From a virus (lineage: Duplodnaviria > Heunggongvirae > Uroviricota > Caudoviricetes): DNA of 6,341 nucleotides. The notes under the pieces are model-generated. The model worked only from the letters and a program-made list of their open reading frames with translations. It ran no database searches and was not told the origin of the DNA. Within the stretch, counting starts at the first letter, position 1. Every line of letters begins with the position of its first letter. Made by a program: the position numbers and the translations under genes. The stretch lies in IMG/VR virus record IMGVR_UViG_2547132270_000002; one strand, written 5' to 3'. Positions 1-6,341 of this stretch are shown one piece after another.

Positions 1-106
1 TCCCCGCCGTTGTTCACAAGCCAGCAGAAAAGGCCGAATTTTCGATGACTGCCTGTACATTGCAAAACAGTGGGCAGGTAAACAGAAAGGGAAAAAATGA
101 CAGTCT

Positions 107-160
107 GAGAGCCACTTTCACAACGGCTCTCCATTACAAAGCCCATCTACTGGTGGGCTT
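107..160. other. Two adjacent perfect stem-loops of unknown function
   Basis: Seen in sequence: gagagcc (107-113) pairs with ggctctc (125-131) around an 11-nt loop; aagcccatc (139-147) pairs with g-tgggctt (152-160), 9 bp including one G-U, around a 4-nt loop. No U-tract follows on either strand. Confidence 0.45.
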
Positions 161-274
161 GATAATGGCTTATACCCTACACGGGATAACTTAACTGATA
201 TCCCTTTTAACGGATAAAGGTGTTCAAGCCTGACACATCATGCGCTGTATCGTCGCTGTATTCCCGCATTAACC

Positions 275-475
275 ATGACCGTAGCCCGATGGGGAACTCC
301 TCTGCGCGAGTGTGCGGAAATAATCAAAAACGATGCACACCGGGTTTTTACCGCGCTAATGATTCGCGGGTTTGTCCCTCATGCTCGCCAGTCCTGTGCG
401 AGGGTGGAAGAAACAGGGCATGTATTCAGGAGCGTGCGACCACGGTCGCACGGTATATTTGTCAGGAGGTTGTGA
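275..475 (+). CDS. Hypothetical small basic protein (66 aa); weakly supported
   Basis: ATG at 275, TGA at 473-475 overlapping the next ATG in a TGATG arrangement. About 12 K/R against 5 D/E by my count. No recognisable SD upstream, and a second frame (220-585) is also open over the same DNA, so the frame call is uncertain. Confidence 0.25.
   Translation: MTVARWGTPLRECAEIIKNDAHRVFTALMIRGFVPHARQSCARVEETGHVFRSVRPRSHGIFVRRL
433..452. other. Perfect GC-rich palindrome cgtgcgacc-ac-ggtcgcacg (hairpin or operator-like dyad)
   Basis: Seen in sequence: 433-441 is the exact reverse complement of 444-452. It sits 11 nt upstream of the AGGAGG at 464-469 and is followed by the U-rich stretch gtatattt. 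Confidence 0.5.
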
Positions 476-585
476 TGAAAGAGTCGCAGAAATTTAATTC
501 AATAATGGAACGATTCTGTTCTCCTGAGCGAGAGGCTTACAATATGCATTCATTGAACGCCTGTTGTAATATCGCCAAACATTAA
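475..585 (+). CDS. Hypothetical small protein (36 aa) with a strong ribosome-binding site
   Basis: ATG at 475 preceded by AGGAGG (464-469) with a 5-nt spacer; TAA at 583-585. Product MKESQKFNSIMERFCSPEREAYNMHSLNACCNIAKH. I recognise no homologue. Confidence 0.3.
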   Translation: MKESQKFNSIMERFCSPEREAYNMHSLNACCNIAKH

Positions 586-717
586 TCAGGTGCACGAGAT
601 GTCGGCTAATACTGACCCTGACGAAATGTGGCGCTGCTTTAATCTGAAAGATGGTGCAGACGACCTGTAGTTCGCATCCATTCCTGATTACCCTATTCAA
701 GTTGATGAGACAGAAAC

Positions 718-963
718 ATGACAGCTGCTAAAGAGCAGATTGAATATGAGCTAAATGTATTCTTCGCGTCCGCCCTTGGTGATGTGTTTAAAAGTTGCCG
801 ACTGGCTGAAAGCGTATTGGATTACCAGATCTCTACTGTTAGTTTTCCAACGGAAAAAAACGCCTGGCTGGAGCTAGGTGAATTACCCGTGATTATCGAG
901 TTGTCTAACGGACGTCGCTTTGAGATTAGTGCGTCTGAATGGTTGCAAATCACACCGCTTTAA
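718..963 (+). CDS. Hypothetical acidic protein (81 aa) immediately upstream of cos; accessory (moron) position
   Basis: ATG at 718 with a weak SD-like GAGA 7 nt upstream; TAA at 961-963. Protein-like composition with 12 D/E against 6 K/R, no transmembrane-like segment. Same orientation as the late and head genes. Not recognised from memory. Confidence 0.55.
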   Translation: MTAAKEQIEYELNVFFASALGDVFKSCRLAESVLDYQISTVSFPTEKNAWLELGELPVIIELSNGRRFEISASEWLQITPL

Positions 964-1038
964 ATTAAGCCCGCAGCCCACCTTGGCTACTGGCATTCGC
1001 TAGTAGCTGGGTCCTTTCCAGCGATCCGGCAGGCTACG

Positions 1039-1050
1039 GGGCGGCGACCT
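1039..1050 (+). other. cosN: cosN 12-nt cohesive-end sequence GGGCGGCGACCT
   Basis: Exact match to the lambda 5' cohesive end as I recall it, preceded by ...TACG as at the lambda right end. Nicks are expected at 1038/1039 on the top strand and 1050/1051 on the bottom strand. Confidence 0.9.
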
Positions 1051-1090
1051 CGCGGGTTTTCGCTATTTATGAAAATTTTCCGGTTTAAGG

Positions 1091-1106
1091 CGTTTCCGTT
1101 CTTCTT
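1091..1106 (+). promoter_or_regulatory. cosB R3 element (gpNu1 binding site)
   Basis: cgtttccgttcttctt resembles the R1 core cgtttcctttct and lies about 50 bp from cosN, as lambda R3 does. An A/T-rich spacer (1110-1140) follows, where the lambda IHF site I1 lies. Confidence 0.65.
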
Positions 1107-1146
1107 CGTCGTAACTTAATGTTTTTATTTAAAATACCCCCTGAAA

Positions 1147-1162
1147 AGAAAGGAAACGACAG
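1147..1162 (-). promoter_or_regulatory. cosB R2 element (gpNu1 binding site)
   Basis: agaaaggaaacgacag is the perfect reverse complement of the R1 16-mer at 1188-1203. Confidence 0.8.
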
Positions 1163-1187
1163 GTGCTGAAAGCGAGCTTTTTGGCCT

Positions 1188-1203
1188 CTGTCGTTTCCTT
1201 TCT
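1188..1203 (+). promoter_or_regulatory. cosB R1 element (gpNu1 binding site)
   Basis: ctgtcgtttcctttct forms a perfect 16-bp inverted pair with R2, 25 bp apart, ending 24 bp before the nu1 ATG. Confidence 0.8.
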
Positions 1204-1227
1204 CTGTTTTTGTCCGTGGAATGAACA

Positions 1228-1747
1228 ATGGAAGTCAACAAAAAGCAGCTGGCTGACATTTTCGGTGCGAGTATCCGTACCATTCAGAACTGGCAGGAAC
1301 AGGGAATGCCCGTTCTGCGAGGCGGTGGCAAGGGTAATGAGGTGCTTTATGACTCTGCCGCCGTTATAAAATGGTATGCCGAAAGGGATGCTGAAATTGA
1401 GAACGAAAAGCTGCGCCGGGAAGTTGAAGAACTGCGGCAGGCCAGTGAGGCAGATCTCCAGCCAGGGACTATTGAGTACGAACGCCATCGACTTACGCGT
1501 GCGCAGGCCGACGCACAGGAGCTGAAAAATGCCAGAGACTCCGCAGAAGTGGTGGAAACCGCATTCTGTACTTTCGTGCTGTCGCGGATCGCAGGTGAAA
1601 TTGCCAGTATTCTCGACGGGATCCCCCTGTCGGTGCAGCGGCGTTTTCCGGAACTGGAAAACCGACATGTTGATTTCCTGAAACGGGATATCATCAAAGC
1701 CATGAACAAAGCAGCCGCGCTGGATGAACTGATACCGGGGTTGCTGA

Positions 1748-1773
<26 letters not shown>
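1228..1773 (+). CDS. nu1: Terminase small subunit gpNu1 (181 aa)
   Basis: ATG at 1228, TAA at 1771-1773. The protein MEVNKKQLADIFGASIRTIQNWQEQGMPVLRGGGKGNEV... matches lambda gpNu1 as I recall it, including the N-terminal winged-HTH region and K35 (AAG at 1330-1332). Sits directly downstream of cosB. Confidence 0.97.
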
Positions 1774-5454
<3,681 letters not shown>

Positions 5455-5474
<20 letters not shown>

Positions 5475-6341
5475 TCTCCCGCATATTGCCAGCATGGCCT
5501 TTAATGAGCCGCTGATGCTTGAACCCGCCTATGCGCGGGTTTTCTTTTGTGCGCTTGCCGGCCAGCTTGGGATCAGCCGCCTGACGGATGCGGTGTCCGG
5601 CGACAGCCTGACTGCCGGAGAGGCACCCGCGACACTGGCGTTATCCGTTGATGATGACGGACCACGACAGGCCCGTAGTTATCAGGTCATGAACGGCATC
5701 GCCGTGCTGCCGGTGTCCGGCACGCTGGTCAGCCGGACGCGGGCGCTGCAGCCGTATTCGGGGATGACCGGTTACAACGGCATTATCGCCCGTCTGCAAC
5801 AGGCTGCCAGCGATCCGATGGTGGACGGCATTCTGCTCGATATGGATACGCCAGGCGGAATGGTGGCGGGGGCATTTGACTGCGCTGACATCATCGCCCG
5901 TGTGCGTGACATAAAACCGGTATGGGCGCTGGCCAACGACATGAACTGCAGTGCAGGTCAGCTGCTTGCCAGCGCCGCCTCCCGGCGTCTGGTCACGCAG
6001 ACCGCCCGGACAGGCTCCATCGGCGTCATGATGGCTCACAGTAATTACGGTGCTGCGCTGGAGAAACAGGGCGTGGAAATCACTCTGATTTACAGCGGCA
6101 GCCATAAGGTGGATGGCAACCCCTACAGCCATCTTCCGGATGACGTCCGGGAAACACTGCAGTCCCGGATGGATGCAACCCGCCGGATGTTTGCACAGAA
6201 GGTGTCGGCATATACCGGCCTGTCCGTGCAGGCCGTGCTGGATACCGAGGCTGCAGTGTACAGCGGTCATGAGGCCATTGATGCCGGACTGGCTGATGAA
6301 CTTGTTAACAGCACCGATGCGATCACCGTCATGCGTGATGC
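5455..6341 (+). CDS. C: Prohead protease / scaffold-related protein gpC (partial; 3' end beyond the window)
   Basis: GTG at 5455 preceded by GAGGAGGAG (5442-5450), overlapping the B 3' end by 20 nt. MTAELRNLPHIASMAFNEPLML... matches lambda gpC as I recall it. The serine in NDMNCSAGQ is at codon 166 (AGT, 5950-5952). Open to the window end. Confidence 0.95.
6169..6341 (+). CDS. nu3: Scaffolding protein gpNu3, nested in-frame start inside C (partial)
   Basis: In-frame ATG at 6169, 714 nt downstream of the C start, which is the same offset as nu3 relative to C in lambda. Called from established lambda gene organisation; the local SD is weak. Confidence 0.6.
   Translation, partial: MDATRRMFAQKVSAYTGLSVQAVLDTEAAVYSGHEAIDAGLADELVNSTDAITVMRD

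Larger units (their letters stand above)
1000..1205. other. cos: Lambda-type cos site (cosQ-cosN-cosB), terminase recognition and cleavage region
   Basis: Contains the lambda cohesive-end sequence and three R elements in the lambda arrangement directly upstream of nu1. cosQ is expected about 15-35 bp upstream of cosN; its exact bounds are not determinable here. Confidence 0.85.

Noticed and set aside
149-156. Chi-like octamer ACTGGTGG
   Set aside because: Matches Chi (GCTGGTGG) at only 7 of 8 positions and differs at the first base; not a Chi site.
159-166. Promoter-like hexamers TTGATA and GATAAT
   Set aside because: The two hexamers overlap instead of being spaced about 17 bp apart, and no properly spaced partner was found for either.
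220-474. N-terminal part of the 121-aa ORF from the GTG at 220
   Set aside because: The GTG has no spacer after the nearest purine run, and the segment is Cys/Ser/Arg-rich in a way that looks like an out-of-frame translation. Only the last 36 codons (from the ATG at 475, with a strong SD) are retained as a candidate. A Cys-rich zinc-binding protein cannot be fully excluded.
599-670. 23-aa mini-ORF (MSANTDPDEMWRCFNLKDGADDL) with an AGGTG SD-like motif 6 nt upstream
   Set aside because: Too short to support from sequence alone, and I know of no homologue; noted only as a possibility.
494-700. 68-aa minus-strand ORF
   Set aside because: Starts with TTG, has no SD, and has an odd composition; most likely a chance open frame.
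1129-1709. ORFs of 68-179 aa overlapping cosB and nu1 (1129-1668 minus, 1163-1369 plus, 1347-1709 minus)
   Set aside because: They overlap the cos R elements and the well-supported nu1 frame; spurious alternative frames.
5641-6270. 209-aa ORF on the minus strand
   Set aside because: Antisense to gene C; Arg/His/Gly-rich composition typical of an antisense frame.

Overview
This window is the cos-spanning junction of a lambda-like phage genome in its circular or integrated (prophage) permutation. Positions 1228-6341 carry the DNA-packaging and head-assembly genes nu1, A, W, B and C (with the nested nu3 start), collinear with bacteriophage lambda and recognised by their protein sequences. Directly upstream lies a lambda-type cohesive-end site: the 12-nt GGGCGGCGACCT at 1039-1050, followed by three gpNu1-binding R elements. 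None of this is novel; it is a textbook module. The only poorly explained DNA is the ~1 kb upstream of cos (1-1000), which holds an 81-aa acidic ORF ending 75 bp before cosN, a possible translationally coupled pair of small ORFs with a strong Shine-Dalgarno (ribosome-binding) sequence, and three perfect stem-loops. I could not identify these from memory and they are the candidates worth a database search. I saw no tRNA, rRNA, CRISPR array, IS element or integrase. All homology statements rest on recollection of lambda sequences, not on a search.
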